31,879 bases of DNA from IMG/VR virus record IMGVR_UViG_3300012964_000040, positions 1-31,879 of that record; one strand, 5' to 3'. The first letter of the stretch is position 1, and every line of letters starts with the position of its first letter. The position numbers and the translations under genes were made by a program. The notes under the pieces are model-generated. The model did not search any database, was not told the DNA's origin, and saw only the letters and a list, made by a program, of their open reading frames with translations. Positions 15,548 through 25,373 of the stretch are shown here, piece by piece. This DNA comes from a virus (taxonomy: Duplodnaviria > Caudoviricetes).

Positions 15548-16899
15548 GCGATTTTTCATATAATTTCTCTGCACAAGTAACCGCCAACCCGTGGACAGGG
15601 CCTGCAACTCTTCTTAAATTGTTCTCTTATCCTGACTGGCAAATTGTCAATGGCACTGGCCTTCAATCAACGACGGCTTATAACTCGATTTGGTTTGCTC
15701 ATAACGTAGATTATGTAGGATCGGCGACGGCGATAGTGGCGGAAATAACCATTCCGTCTACCACTATTTCGTCCGATCATCCTGCGGCGGGTATATTCGT
15801 CAGGACAGGAGCCAATGCTGGAGCGGGGTATAATTTAGAGTTAACGACATCGACTACCGCTAACCTTCAATCTATTGCGACCAACGGCGCCAGAACGTAT
15901 TTGGCTGGCATAACATTAGGCACGATTACCACATCGAGTTTAATCGGATTGTCCTATGTGCCGTCGACCGGCGTATTGACGGCAACGGTTGATGGAGTAT
16001 CGAAAGGTACGTTTGTTGATACCACATGGGCAGCAGAAGCTAGTTTGGCGGCTGGCGGATATCTATACCAAACAAGCGGCGCACAAACACAAGCCATTTC
16101 GACGTTTGCCGGAACTGGAGTTGCGGCGGCAACATCGTTAACGTCGATATCTGGCGACGATATATTGGTAGATGGCGAAACTCTATCTTCGTATGTCGGT
16201 ACTGGTTTGAGTGCGGCCAATGACATTAGGGTAACAAATAACGGAGATAGCGTAACCGCCACTTGGTCGATTAGCGGCCAAACAGCAACGGGTGGTATTA
16301 TCTCGGCGGCGACGAGGGGGAACCTCCCCTATACGGACACGAATCATGTTTTAACTGCGTATGTGCGAGATGTCACCCCGTCAAATTTGGCGAGCCGAAC
16401 AATTACGCTACAAGTCCCGTCGGGATATGTTACCTATCAGCTAGACGAAGCATCGGCAATTAAAACGCTTGGTGATTCCGGTCTATACGGCATTGGAACC
16501 ATACCCGTAAAATCACAGGTTAAGCTTCCTGTCTCATACAGCGGGAATACCATAAATTATGAACTAATAAGCGGTATATGGACTGGCCGCATATCGTTTG
16601 CAAGTTTCATAATTCCGACATCTATTACTCTAAATGGCGAGTACCGCCCTGGTGATACTGGGGTATGGCAAAATCTTACAATGGTTTTGTACTCGCCGAT
16701 AGTTGTAAGCGGTATCGCCGATTCAAGTATCGTCGGTAATCCGACCATAAAATTCACCAAGATAATTTCCGTCAGTGGCGTGGCAACAAGCGCGGCTGTA
16801 GGAACCCCGACGATAGTGCAAAATACGTTCAAAGTAGGCGCTCCTACTTTATATTCTAAAACACGCACGCATTTAATATACTCCACTAGGAGACAGTAG
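15544..16899 (+). CDS. Putative fibre/appendage protein A
   Basis: GTG start; N-terminal ~195-aa beta domain paralogous to 17199-18692; C-terminal 'VSG.A.S..VG.PTI' repeats. Confidence 0.65.
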   Translation: MSDFSYNFSAQVTANPWTGPATLLKLFSYPDWQIVNGTGLQSTTAYNSIWFAHNVDYVGSATAIVAEITIPSTTISSDHPAAGIFVRTGANAGAGYNLELTTSTTANLQSIATNGARTYLAGITLGTITTSSLIGLSYVPSTGVLTATVDGVSKGTFVDTTWAAEASLAAGGYLYQTSGAQTQAISTFAGTGVAAATSLTSISGDDILVDGETLSSYVGTGLSAANDIRVTNNGDSVTATWSISGQTATGGIISAATRGNLPYTDTNHVLTAYVRDVTPSNLASRTITLQVPSGYVTYQLDEASAIKTLGDSGLYGIGTIPVKSQVKLPVSYSGNTINYELISGIWTGRISFASFIIPTSITLNGEYRPGDTGVWQNLTMVLYSPIVVSGIADSSIVGNPTIKFTKIISVSGVATSAAVGTPTIVQNTFKVGAPTLYSKTRTHLIYSTRRQ

Positions 16900-17190
16900 A
16901 TGTCCGTTTACAAGCAACCCGTTGAAGATTATCGAGTAACTATTGATTGCTCTCGATCATTGTCGAGCAGTGAAACAATTACAACCATATTGGCCACGGC
17001 GATTGGTAACTCGGATGGGACGGCGACAACCGCCGCGATATCGTCATATTCGCACAATAATGCGCAGCAAATCCAGGTGGAAATCACTGGCGGAGCTGAT
17101 GGCGATGTTTTAAAAATAGAGGTCGATATTCAAACATCGGTCCAGCCTCGCATTCAAGTCGAGGCGTGGCTTCCGGTTATTGAGATTTAA
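16900..17190 (+). CDS. Small fibre adaptor-like protein
   Basis: AGGAG RBS; 96 aa with 'KQPVEDYRVTID...ITGGADG..KIEV.I.TS'. Confidence 0.6.
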   Translation: MSVYKQPVEDYRVTIDCSRSLSSSETITTILATAIGNSDGTATTAAISSYSHNNAQQIQVEITGGADGDVLKIEVDIQTSVQPRIQVEAWLPVIEI

Positions 17191-17198
17191 TAAATAAA

Positions 17199-18692
17199 AT
17201 GTCCGATTATTCCTATGACTTCTCCGCGCAAACAACGGCGAATCCATGGACAGGACCGGCTGAACTTTTAAAGTTATTCTCTTATCCCGATTGGCAAATC
17301 GTTAATGCCGTTGGTTTGCGGTCGACTACCGCCTACAATAACATCTGGTTTGCCCATAATGTAGATTACGTCGGTGGCTCGTCGCAAATTCGCGGCGGCA
17401 TAACAACGTTGTCAACAACGTTTTCCGGGAACTACCCCGGCGCCGGAGTATTTGTCAGGTCGGGGGTCAACGCCAACGCCGGGTATATGGCGTATATAAC
17501 ATCGGCGACAACTGCGTCAGTTCATCGAGTAGCGACTAACGGCGCTTTAACATATTTAGGAGGCGTTACTCTATCCGGGTACAGCGCCGGGACGTTATTT
17601 GAGCTAGGTTACACCCCTACTGGTGGAGCGCTTGAGGTTTATGTAGCGGGGACGGCTCAAAGCGCCGGGCTCACTGATACCACGTATAGCAGCGAAACCG
17701 TACTTGCCGCTGGGGCCTTTCTTTATCAAAACACTGGCGTACAAGATCAGGAAATATCCACCTTTACTGGTACCGGCGTTTCCCCGTCGCACCTGACAAA
17801 GACGGCGACATCTAGTGCAGCGATACAGATATCGTCGACAACGACTGTAACGTCGTCATTAGTAATGCAAAAGGCATTGAACGCTACCGCAACGGCAAAT
17901 GCTGCAATTCAGGCAACATTATCTCAGACGGCAACTGCCGGTCTTGGCATTGCGATAAAACCTACACTGCAATCTATAGCGTCACCCAGGATCAAAGCTG
18001 CATTAACGAAACTTGCGACTGCGAGCGCTGCATTGCAGCAATCATATACGATAAGCGCTACCGCAGGATCGGTAATTATATATTCATACCACGAAATAAC
18101 CGCTACAGCGAGTGCCGCCATTGTACTGGCCAATGAAGCTATATCAATCGCCAGTATTGCGATAGAAAAAGAATACGGAATAACGGCAACCGCCGGTGTC
18201 ATTATCACGGACGCTAAGGAAATAATCGCAACTGCATCGGCGGTTATACAAAAAAGCACAACCGATACTGCGACCATTAGCGTTGCTTTGCAAAAAGCAC
18301 TAACAGCTATCGCTACTGCGTCGGCGGCAATTCAGATTGAATATGTATTGTCGGCAACTTCAGATATTGCGATAAGCAAAACGTTAGCGTCAATATCGAC
18401 TGCGACATCTGCAATACTGAAACAAAACCTTTCTACAACGGCAACGGCAGGAATGGCGTTAAAAAGCGTATTGTCGAAAGTAGCTACGTTGTCGACGATA
18501 ATAAGCAGGGCTATAACAAAAACGACAACCGCAAGCATCGGAACAAAAAAGAACGGGATATTAAAGACATCTACCGTAAGTACGCATATCGTCCCGTACG
18601 GTGAGACATATTGCTCGTTGTCCGATTATTTGAACGATGACGTGACAGTATCTGATTTGAATTCATATGTTTCTATTCAATATCTACAGTAG
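17199..18692 (+). CDS. Putative fibre/appendage protein B with a repetitive stalk
   Basis: Paralogous N-terminal domain followed by ~14-aa 'TATASAAIQK'-type repeats. Confidence 0.65.
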   Translation: MSDYSYDFSAQTTANPWTGPAELLKLFSYPDWQIVNAVGLRSTTAYNNIWFAHNVDYVGGSSQIRGGITTLSTTFSGNYPGAGVFVRSGVNANAGYMAYITSATTASVHRVATNGALTYLGGVTLSGYSAGTLFELGYTPTGGALEVYVAGTAQSAGLTDTTYSSETVLAAGAFLYQNTGVQDQEISTFTGTGVSPSHLTKTATSSAAIQISSTTTVTSSLVMQKALNATATANAAIQATLSQTATAGLGIAIKPTLQSIASPRIKAALTKLATASAALQQSYTISATAGSVIIYSYHEITATASAAIVLANEAISIASIAIEKEYGITATAGVIITDAKEIIATASAVIQKSTTDTATISVALQKALTAIATASAAIQIEYVLSATSDIAISKTLASISTATSAILKQNLSTTATAGMALKSVLSKVATLSTIISRAITKTTTASIGTKKNGILKTSTVSTHIVPYGETYCSLSDYLNDDVTVSDLNSYVSIQYLQ

Positions 18693-18705
18693 GAGATCGT
18701 AAATT

Positions 18706-19200
18706 ATGGTTGCAACAGTATTGGTAGGCGAAAAAAATGGTGCAGGCGGTACGTTTACGGACAAGACATCCGGTATCGTTCGTTTCAAGAACGCAGATAA
18801 TCCAACTGTTGACCTCGTAAATCCGATGGTGGTTCCGGTCGCCGGGACTGATTATAGCTATGAGAAGTGGCTAAAAATGAAAATAGGCGGAACTGGCCCC
18901 GCCAGTCAGATCACCAATCTGAAGTTTTATACTGATGGCGCCAACAGTCTAGGAACAGGAGTAGGATTATATGCAAAGGCGGTTACAACGTATGCAACAC
19001 CGGCAGAGGCTACGGCAACGACTGGCTACACAGACGCTTTCACGTATACGTCAGGCTCACCCCTATCGTTAGGCGCAGGACCGTACAGCTCTACTAATAC
19101 AGAAATGGGCGACCATTGTGTAATGATTTGCACGGTAGATAGTACCGCAGGTCCCGGGACTCCTTCTGACACACTGACTTTTGGTTACGACGAAATTTAA
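18706..19200 (+). CDS. Hypothetical structural protein
   Basis: AGGAG RBS; 164 aa, beta-rich, ends 'TLTFGYDEI'. Confidence 0.7.
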   Translation: MVATVLVGEKNGAGGTFTDKTSGIVRFKNADNPTVDLVNPMVVPVAGTDYSYEKWLKMKIGGTGPASQITNLKFYTDGANSLGTGVGLYAKAVTTYATPAEATATTGYTDAFTYTSGSPLSLGAGPYSSTNTEMGDHCVMICTVDSTAGPGTPSDTLTFGYDEI

Positions 19201-19220
19201 CCAGAAAGAGCGATTACAAT

Positions 19221-19463
19221 ATGTATACGCGGATAGTTGATGACGACGGGACAAGGCACGGAATATCGCATGATCAAACGATTCACTTGATGGTATTTCC
19301 GGATGGTGATAATGAGATTTTCCAACGTCATGCGATTAAATGCGGCATTACTGGTGAAGTTTCTAAGCAAGTCACATGGCTGGTCGGGTCGTTGAATGGC
19401 GTGAAACTCTACTGTATGGAAGATGGTAAATTTGTCATGACGACCAGGGAGATTAATCCATAA
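19221..19463 (+). CDS. Hypothetical protein
   Basis: 80-aa ORF coupled (TAATG) to the next gene. Confidence 0.65.
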   Translation: MYTRIVDDDGTRHGISHDQTIHLMVFPDGDNEIFQRHAIKCGITGEVSKQVTWLVGSLNGVKLYCMEDGKFVMTTREINP

Positions 19464-20071
19464 TGGCCACCATACAACAAGCCATTACCCTAGCAAGATA
19501 TTTGCTAAATGATACAGTAACGACGTACGGATATAGCGATACAACGTTATTGCAATACGGGAATGACGCGATTGATGCTATCTCTGTCGCTCGACCTGAG
19601 TTGTTTAAGTCGTACATAGAAATAACGTGCATAGCCGACAGGGCGGAACAAACGATAAATGTAACCGATAGCTCTGGTCTCGATTCTGTTATCAGGGTGA
19701 AAGGCGGAAATAGTGTGACCATGATTGATCGGGACATATTGGATAGATTTAAGCCTGATTGGCATACGATGGCGTCGGCGGCTGCGGAACACTGGATACC
19801 GATAAAAAGCGACCCTATGAGATTCTTGATTTATCCTCCTGCGCCTTCTGGTCAGATATTGGTAGGGGTTCACGTTGTTAAGCCGAAGGAATATACAATC
19901 AGCGAAACCCACCCGTTATCCGACGTATATACGAGCGCAATCGCTGATTATATCGTTTCAATGGCGGCCGGTTCTGAGAATGAACGCGCAGACAATGCAC
20001 TTTCTTCTAAGCACCTAGGCTACTTCCAAGCCAAGATCGGCATATCGAAACAAACGAACGTCGGGGCATGA
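19463..20071 (+). CDS. Second head-tail adaptor-like protein
   Basis: 'ARYLLND...YSDTTLLQYGNDAI...RPE', 'LDRFKPDWH', 'FLIYPP'. Confidence 0.7.
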   Translation: MATIQQAITLARYLLNDTVTTYGYSDTTLLQYGNDAIDAISVARPELFKSYIEITCIADRAEQTINVTDSSGLDSVIRVKGGNSVTMIDRDILDRFKPDWHTMASAAAEHWIPIKSDPMRFLIYPPAPSGQILVGVHVVKPKEYTISETHPLSDVYTSAIADYIVSMAAGSENERADNALSSKHLGYFQAKIGISKQTNVGA

Positions 20072-20400
20072 AAACCAAAATACAAGACGTGGAAACCTAC
20101 TGGGACAAGATAACAAAATTGCTTCATGTCCCGTTGATATCATTTATTGGGATGACCGTTTGGCAGATCAAGATACAAAACGAAACATCTCTTTTAAGGA
20201 TAACCACACTTGAACATACGGTTCAACAGCATGAAGTTCGCATTAGAAATATAGAAGATTATCAATTGGTAGAACAAACGCAGGACGCTAATAAAGACCC
20301 TAAGCCGAAAAAGCTTCACGAAAGAAACATAAGCATCATGTCCAACAAATCGCCATCCGACAGGCGTAAATTGCGCCAAGAAGATCAAGATGAGAATTGA
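20068..20400 (+). CDS. Small membrane-anchored coiled-coil protein (holin-like candidate)
   Basis: One hydrophobic segment (LLHVPLISFIGMTVW) followed by a heptad region. Confidence 0.45.
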   Translation: MKTKIQDVETYWDKITKLLHVPLISFIGMTVWQIKIQNETSLLRITTLEHTVQQHEVRIRNIEDYQLVEQTQDANKDPKPKKLHERNISIMSNKSPSDRRKLRQEDQDEN

Positions 20401-22003
20401 TTATCAAGCGTTCATAGGCCAACTTCCAAGAATATCGACCGAACTTTTGCCCCCAGCCGCCGCTGTTCAGGCAACAAATTGCAAACTTTGGACAGGCGAG
20501 GTTCAACCGATAAAGAATTACAAGCAAAATTTTGCATTAACGAAACCAGGGACCATCAAAACTATTTACCTTTTCGGCGGCTTGTACTGGTTCCACGATA
20601 CTGCGGATGTTGATTATGTTCGCGGCCCTGTCAGCGGGAACACGACCAATCGTACATACTTTACAGGCAATGGGGCGCCAAAGGTAACGGACAACACCCT
20701 GGCCCTCACAGGGGGCGGGACGAATTACCCGATCTCTTACTACACTCTCGGCGTTCCAGCGCCTACCAGCGCCCCTAGCGCGGTTGCAGCCGGGGCTACG
20801 TGTAATCCCGGAGACGAAGAAACAATAGCGTATGTGTATACCTACGTTACTGGCTGGGGGGAAGAAAGCATCCCATCACCGCCTTCTGCCAATTTAACGA
20901 GGTGTCCGGGGGATACGGTTACTGTCACGGGTATGGGAGTCGCGGCTCCTGCTGGGAATTACAACATCACCAAAAAGCGCATTTACCGTATTCAACAGAA
21001 TCAAACGGGGTCAGATTGGCAATTTGTCGATGAAGTGAACATTACCGATGCCACGTATGTTGACACTGTTGCGGATGCTGATTTGAATGAAATTCTTACA
21101 TCGACTTACTATGACGTACCTCCTACTGATATGGCGGGTTTAACCATAGGCCCGTATGGCGTTATGGCGGGGTTTACGTCAAACAGCGTTTGTTTCAGTG
21201 AGCCGTGGATTTTCCACGCATGGCCAGCCGATTATCAATTACAAACGACATATGCCATTGTAGCCATCGGCGCAATAGCTGATAGCTGGATAGTGTTGAC
21301 TGAGGAGCGGCCATATTTAATCGGCGGGCAAATACCTTCTCAATATTCAATCCGTCGATTAGAGACGGATCAAGCCTGCGTCTCCAAACGTTCCGTGGTG
21401 AATTTTGGTGATATTTTAGCTTATGCATCTCCTGATGGCGTTACGATTATCGACGCCGCCGGTAACGCTTCTATCGCCACTTCTGGACTATTCACGCGCG
21501 ATGAATGGCAAGCATTGAAACCTACTTCAATGATGGCGGTTAGATGGGAAAAGTATTACCTCTGCTTTTACGACACAGGAACAACTACTGGCGGGTTTTA
21601 TCTTGATCCTAAGAATCCAGAATTTGTTGCATACACGAACATCTACCCACTTGCCAAACACAATGACCTGGTATCCGATTTGGTATACTTAAATGTGGGC
21701 GGTAATGTCGTTGAGTGGGACAACAATACCACTTATCTTACCTATACATACCGACCGAAGCCGGTTGTGACCGTAACACCTATTCGACTCGCGGGGGCGA
21801 AAGTATGGGCTTCGAGTTACCCGGTAACGTTTAATATGTACGTCGATGGAACGTTACAATATACGTATTCCGTCCCTGACGCGAAGCCGTTTCGTTTCCC
21901 TTCCGGGTTCAAGGGAAGGACATGGCAGCCAGAAATAACGGGTACAGCTAATGTAAAGCGAATATCTATGGCATCTACCATTGGAGAATTAAACGATGGC
22001 TAG
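20390..22003 (+). CDS. Tail nozzle/DNA-stabilisation protein (putative)
   Basis: 537 aa; 'YVYTYVTGWGEESIPSPPS', 'CFSEPW..HAWP', 'QACVSKRSVV', 'YASPDG'; propeller-like; position before the fibre and ejection genes. Confidence 0.7.
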   Translation: MRIDYQAFIGQLPRISTELLPPAAAVQATNCKLWTGEVQPIKNYKQNFALTKPGTIKTIYLFGGLYWFHDTADVDYVRGPVSGNTTNRTYFTGNGAPKVTDNTLALTGGGTNYPISYYTLGVPAPTSAPSAVAAGATCNPGDEETIAYVYTYVTGWGEESIPSPPSANLTRCPGDTVTVTGMGVAAPAGNYNITKKRIYRIQQNQTGSDWQFVDEVNITDATYVDTVADADLNEILTSTYYDVPPTDMAGLTIGPYGVMAGFTSNSVCFSEPWIFHAWPADYQLQTTYAIVAIGAIADSWIVLTEERPYLIGGQIPSQYSIRRLETDQACVSKRSVVNFGDILAYASPDGVTIIDAAGNASIATSGLFTRDEWQALKPTSMMAVRWEKYYLCFYDTGTTTGGFYLDPKNPEFVAYTNIYPLAKHNDLVSDLVYLNVGGNVVEWDNNTTYLTYTYRPKPVVTVTPIRLAGAKVWASSYPVTFNMYVDGTLQYTYSVPDAKPFRFPSGFKGRTWQPEITGTANVKRISMASTIGELNDG

Positions 22004-24182
22004 TTGGCCGTCTTTGCCTAGTCTGGCCGGACTGGCGAAAGAGGTTGCCGCTGCGATTGGACCGCTAAAGGAGATCATCGCCAAGATGACCGGACAATCT
22101 GGCACATGGCGCGACCAGGTGGTCACAAAAGGCGATTTGGTTGATGGAGGGTTAGCAACCTATCGTTCCCCTGATGGGACCAAGCATCAAGCAAGGAATG
22201 CGTCCGGGAATTTAATCCCAGTCCAAGAAGGTTCGGCATATTTCAAAATACCTCCGGCAGTTACTAGCTTGACGGCTACGGGAGCATTTGCAAGCATCTT
22301 TTTAGAATGGACGGCACCTGTCTACCCATATATCGCGTACTACAACATATATCGGGCAACCACGGATGATGTCGGGGTTGCAACGAGACTTGGGACCACT
22401 ACGGATACATTTTACGCCGACAACATCGGAGAAGGTACTGGGTCTGCTCCATATTACTATTGGGTGTCGGTTACGTCGCAAGCGAATAATGAGGGGCCAA
22501 AGAACGCGCTCGCGGGGGTTATAGGGCGAACATCCTACAGCCAAACTTACGTCCTATCCGTTCTCACGGCGAAGTGGCAAGCGAATCATGTTTATTCGGC
22601 CAATGGATATGTTATCCCAAATCCGGTGAGTGAAACGGGGCTATGGTATAAAACCACCGCAGGGGGAACTTCGGGTGGCACTGAGCCTACTTGGCCAACC
22701 GTACTAGGAAATACGGTAGCAGATGGTACGGTTACATGGACCGCTATTGCCGTCCCTACTGAGTTCCCCCCGTTCATGGTAGGCGAAATAGACGGGCAGC
22801 CAGGAATCATCATCAATAAAGCGTGGATTGGTGACGCTACGATCACAAACGCTATGATCGAATCGTTGGCTGCCGATAAGATTACGGCTGGGACTATTAC
22901 GGCGGCGGTTGAATTATTAGCGGCTACGATTACCTCCGGGTATATCAGAACATCATCGGGAACCGGACAACGGCTAGAGATAGATGATACAGGGTTTTTC
23001 ATCTGGGCTGGCACCGGGAGCAAGACGGCGGCAAATGGTGTCTTTTCGGTCAGCGATACCGGAGGCGTTCAATTTAGGAAATCTGATGGAACGCTAATCC
23101 TTGCTTCTGACGGAACCGGATATGTCGCAACCGATGCCGCCGCCGGTGCGACATTCACAAGCGCCAATGCCGGGGCGTTAGCTTATGCGAATACAGCCAA
23201 CTGGCAAACACAAGTCTCCGGGACGGGCAAGCCAAGCGACAATGCAGACAATACAAAGGTCGCCGTCGAGGCCGTCCTTTCAGTAAATGACGCCGGGGCG
23301 ATCCGTAATATAAGTTGGCCGACCACGAAGAAAATATCGCTTGATTTCGCTAATCAACTACTCGGGATCGGGACGGATGATTGGGCGTCCACGAATGCTA
23401 AGATACTGTTTCAATATAATAGCGGGACGCCGCGTGCAAGTATTGGCGACAAGTCAGCAGAAAAATATATCGAATTCGATGGGACCGATGTTAATGTCGG
23501 ATTGAACACGAATATCAGCGGAGCGGACGCAGTAGGCAATAAACAAGAGTATTTTTCGTCACGCTTCAGCGATATTGCTGGCGAGTACAAACAGACTACG
23601 CGGGCAAGTGGCACCGTAACGTCTGGGCTCGATGCGTCGGTATATCAGCCTTATTGTAAGCTACACTTGGCGGCGTCCGCGAATTCATATGCGGCAATCG
23701 AAAAGCACACGTTTTTTACTTTTAACGGAGCAATACAGGGAGTTACGTCGCGATTAGCGAGAGTGTTATTTACGCTAGGCAGTTCGTGGAGTTCTGGTAT
23801 TGTCTCTAATTCGATGCCACCATTTATTATAAATTTAGGCGGGTTCGGATATTTAGCCAATGGAGTCGGAATATATCTAGGCGACGACAAAAAATTATAT
23901 GGGTATTCAACAAAATATCTCGTCAGTACATCCACATGCCTGCTATACGATTGGTCGGCGGGCAGCCCGCAAATAGGTGATATTTTGATGGATTTTTCAT
24001 CTGGCAATTACGTGAAATTTTACAACGGTCAGACTCGCACGCTGCTCGGAACGATCACTACGAATTTAGCCAGTTTCACGCAAGGCGGTGATACAATATT
24101 CAGCGCTTACGTGCAAAACCCGCTAAGTGGCACATATAGTTCAATGGACGTAACGCTTTGGAATTTGCGGATGGCATATTGA
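21996..24182 (+). CDS. Tail fibre/host-specificity protein
   Basis: FN3-like segment 'LTATGAFASIFLEW...YNIYRA', a 'WQAN..Y...GTSGGTEPTWPT..TVADGTVTW' module, 'IGDATITNAMIESLAADKITAGTI' repeats and a divergent C-terminus. Confidence 0.75.
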   Translation: MASWPSLPSLAGLAKEVAAAIGPLKEIIAKMTGQSGTWRDQVVTKGDLVDGGLATYRSPDGTKHQARNASGNLIPVQEGSAYFKIPPAVTSLTATGAFASIFLEWTAPVYPYIAYYNIYRATTDDVGVATRLGTTTDTFYADNIGEGTGSAPYYYWVSVTSQANNEGPKNALAGVIGRTSYSQTYVLSVLTAKWQANHVYSANGYVIPNPVSETGLWYKTTAGGTSGGTEPTWPTVLGNTVADGTVTWTAIAVPTEFPPFMVGEIDGQPGIIINKAWIGDATITNAMIESLAADKITAGTITAAVELLAATITSGYIRTSSGTGQRLEIDDTGFFIWAGTGSKTAANGVFSVSDTGGVQFRKSDGTLILASDGTGYVATDAAAGATFTSANAGALAYANTANWQTQVSGTGKPSDNADNTKVAVEAVLSVNDAGAIRNISWPTTKKISLDFANQLLGIGTDDWASTNAKILFQYNSGTPRASIGDKSAEKYIEFDGTDVNVGLNTNISGADAVGNKQEYFSSRFSDIAGEYKQTTRASGTVTSGLDASVYQPYCKLHLAASANSYAAIEKHTFFTFNGAIQGVTSRLARVLFTLGSSWSSGIVSNSMPPFIINLGGFGYLANGVGIYLGDDKKLYGYSTKYLVSTSTCLLYDWSAGSPQIGDILMDFSSGNYVKFYNGQTRTLLGTITTNLASFTQGGDTIFSAYVQNPLSGTYSSMDVTLWNLRMAY

Positions 24183-24638
24183 ATGGAAATCCGTCTCGCC
24201 AACGTTCGCGACATAGAAAAGATGTTGCCAATGTGTTCCGCCATGCACGCCGAGTCGCGCTATCGAATTTATCACTACAGCCAGGAAAAAATGAAAACGC
24301 TCATCGAGCGTATGACGACGGACGATGACTCCATCGTACTTGTGACTGAGCGCAACGGTGAAACAATCGGGATGTTTTTGGCGACTATCGGGACGCACTT
24401 TTTTGGCGATGATCGCTATTCGTCCGACGGGTTGTTGTATGTCGTTCCAGAGCACAGAGGAACAAAGGCGGCGAAAAATATGGTAACATACTACGTGTTG
24501 TGGGCAAAAAGCAAGGGCGTGAGCGACATACGTATTGGCGATACCACCAACAACAATCCTGAACAAAATGAAAAGTTTTACCAAGAATCAGGGTTTATCC
24601 GCATTGGCGGAAACTTTCTCTACGAAGGAGGCGAATAA
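24183..24638 (+). CDS. GNAT-family acetyltransferase
   Basis: 'IRLANVRDI', 'LYVVPEHRGT' and 'KFYQESGF' GNAT motifs. Confidence 0.88.
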   Translation: MEIRLANVRDIEKMLPMCSAMHAESRYRIYHYSQEKMKTLIERMTTDDDSIVLVTERNGETIGMFLATIGTHFFGDDRYSSDGLLYVVPEHRGTKAAKNMVTYYVLWAKSKGVSDIRIGDTTNNNPEQNEKFYQESGFIRIGGNFLYEGGE

Positions 24639-25372
24639 TGTGCGGAGCAGATTTTGATAACATGATTAATGGAAAAACAGCTTCACGCCAAACGGCGTCT
24701 GCTAATAGAGCCATTGATTTGCAGAATGCGCAATTTCAAGAACAACTCGCATATGCGAAGCAGCATGACGCCGAACAACAAGCGCTCGCTCAAGCGCAAT
24801 TTGATTATCAAAAGCAGCTTGCCACGCAAACTGACGCAGAACGAAAAGCCCAATCCGATGCGATGATGGCTGAAGCGACATTGACGCCAGAGAAGATTGC
24901 CGAGGCCACGGGAGGAGCGGCGGGGACTGTAACCAAACAATTTGACAATGCTCAAGCAGCACAGCAACGCGGCCTTACGGCGATGGGCGTCGATCCCGGG
25001 ACCATGAGATCGGTGAGCGCAGATAGAAGTTTGGCGCTGACAAAAGCGGGTGCTACTGCTGGCGCGATTAATTCCACTCGATCACAAATGCGCGATATAT
25101 CACAACAACGGATGGATAATGCGCGACTTGTTAGAATAGGCCTGAATCCGCTAGCGTTAAATGTGACAAACACAAACATTGGCCTACCAAGCGCCACCTT
25201 AGGCACGATGAGCCAAGGCGTTGGGATGTATGGGAATCAGGCCGGGATGATGTTTAATCAAGCGAGCGCGACTAGACAAGCCGGAATGGGTCTTATTGGT
25301 GACGTTATTGGGGCCGCAGCAAAAGTCGCTGGGGCGGGGGCTGGAGTCGCTGGGGCGGGGGCTGGGGGATAA
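24638..25372 (+). CDS. Internal virion/DNA ejection protein (putative)
   Basis: 'MCG' start; Ala/Gln/Gly-rich coiled coil with a hydrophobic Gly-rich C-terminus; follows the GNAT gene as in podovirus ejection modules. Confidence 0.65.
   Translation: MCGADFDNMINGKTASRQTASANRAIDLQNAQFQEQLAYAKQHDAEQQALAQAQFDYQKQLATQTDAERKAQSDAMMAEATLTPEKIAEATGGAAGTVTKQFDNAQAAQQRGLTAMGVDPGTMRSVSADRSLALTKAGATAGAINSTRSQMRDISQQRMDNARLVRIGLNPLALNVTNTNIGLPSATLGTMSQGVGMYGNQAGMMFNQASATRQAGMGLIGDVIGAAAKVAGAGAGVAGAGAGG
25324..25365 (+). repeat. Perfect 21-bp tandem duplication
   Basis: AGTCGCTGGGGCGGGGGCTGG twice, encoding VAGAGAG twice. Confidence 0.9.
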
Positions 25373-25373
25373 T

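Noticed and set aside
15544-17800. Diversity-generating retroelement TR/VR pair in the duplicated fibre domain
   Set aside because: Differences involve all bases and are often synonymous, both copies are N-terminal coding regions, and no reverse transcriptase is present in the window.
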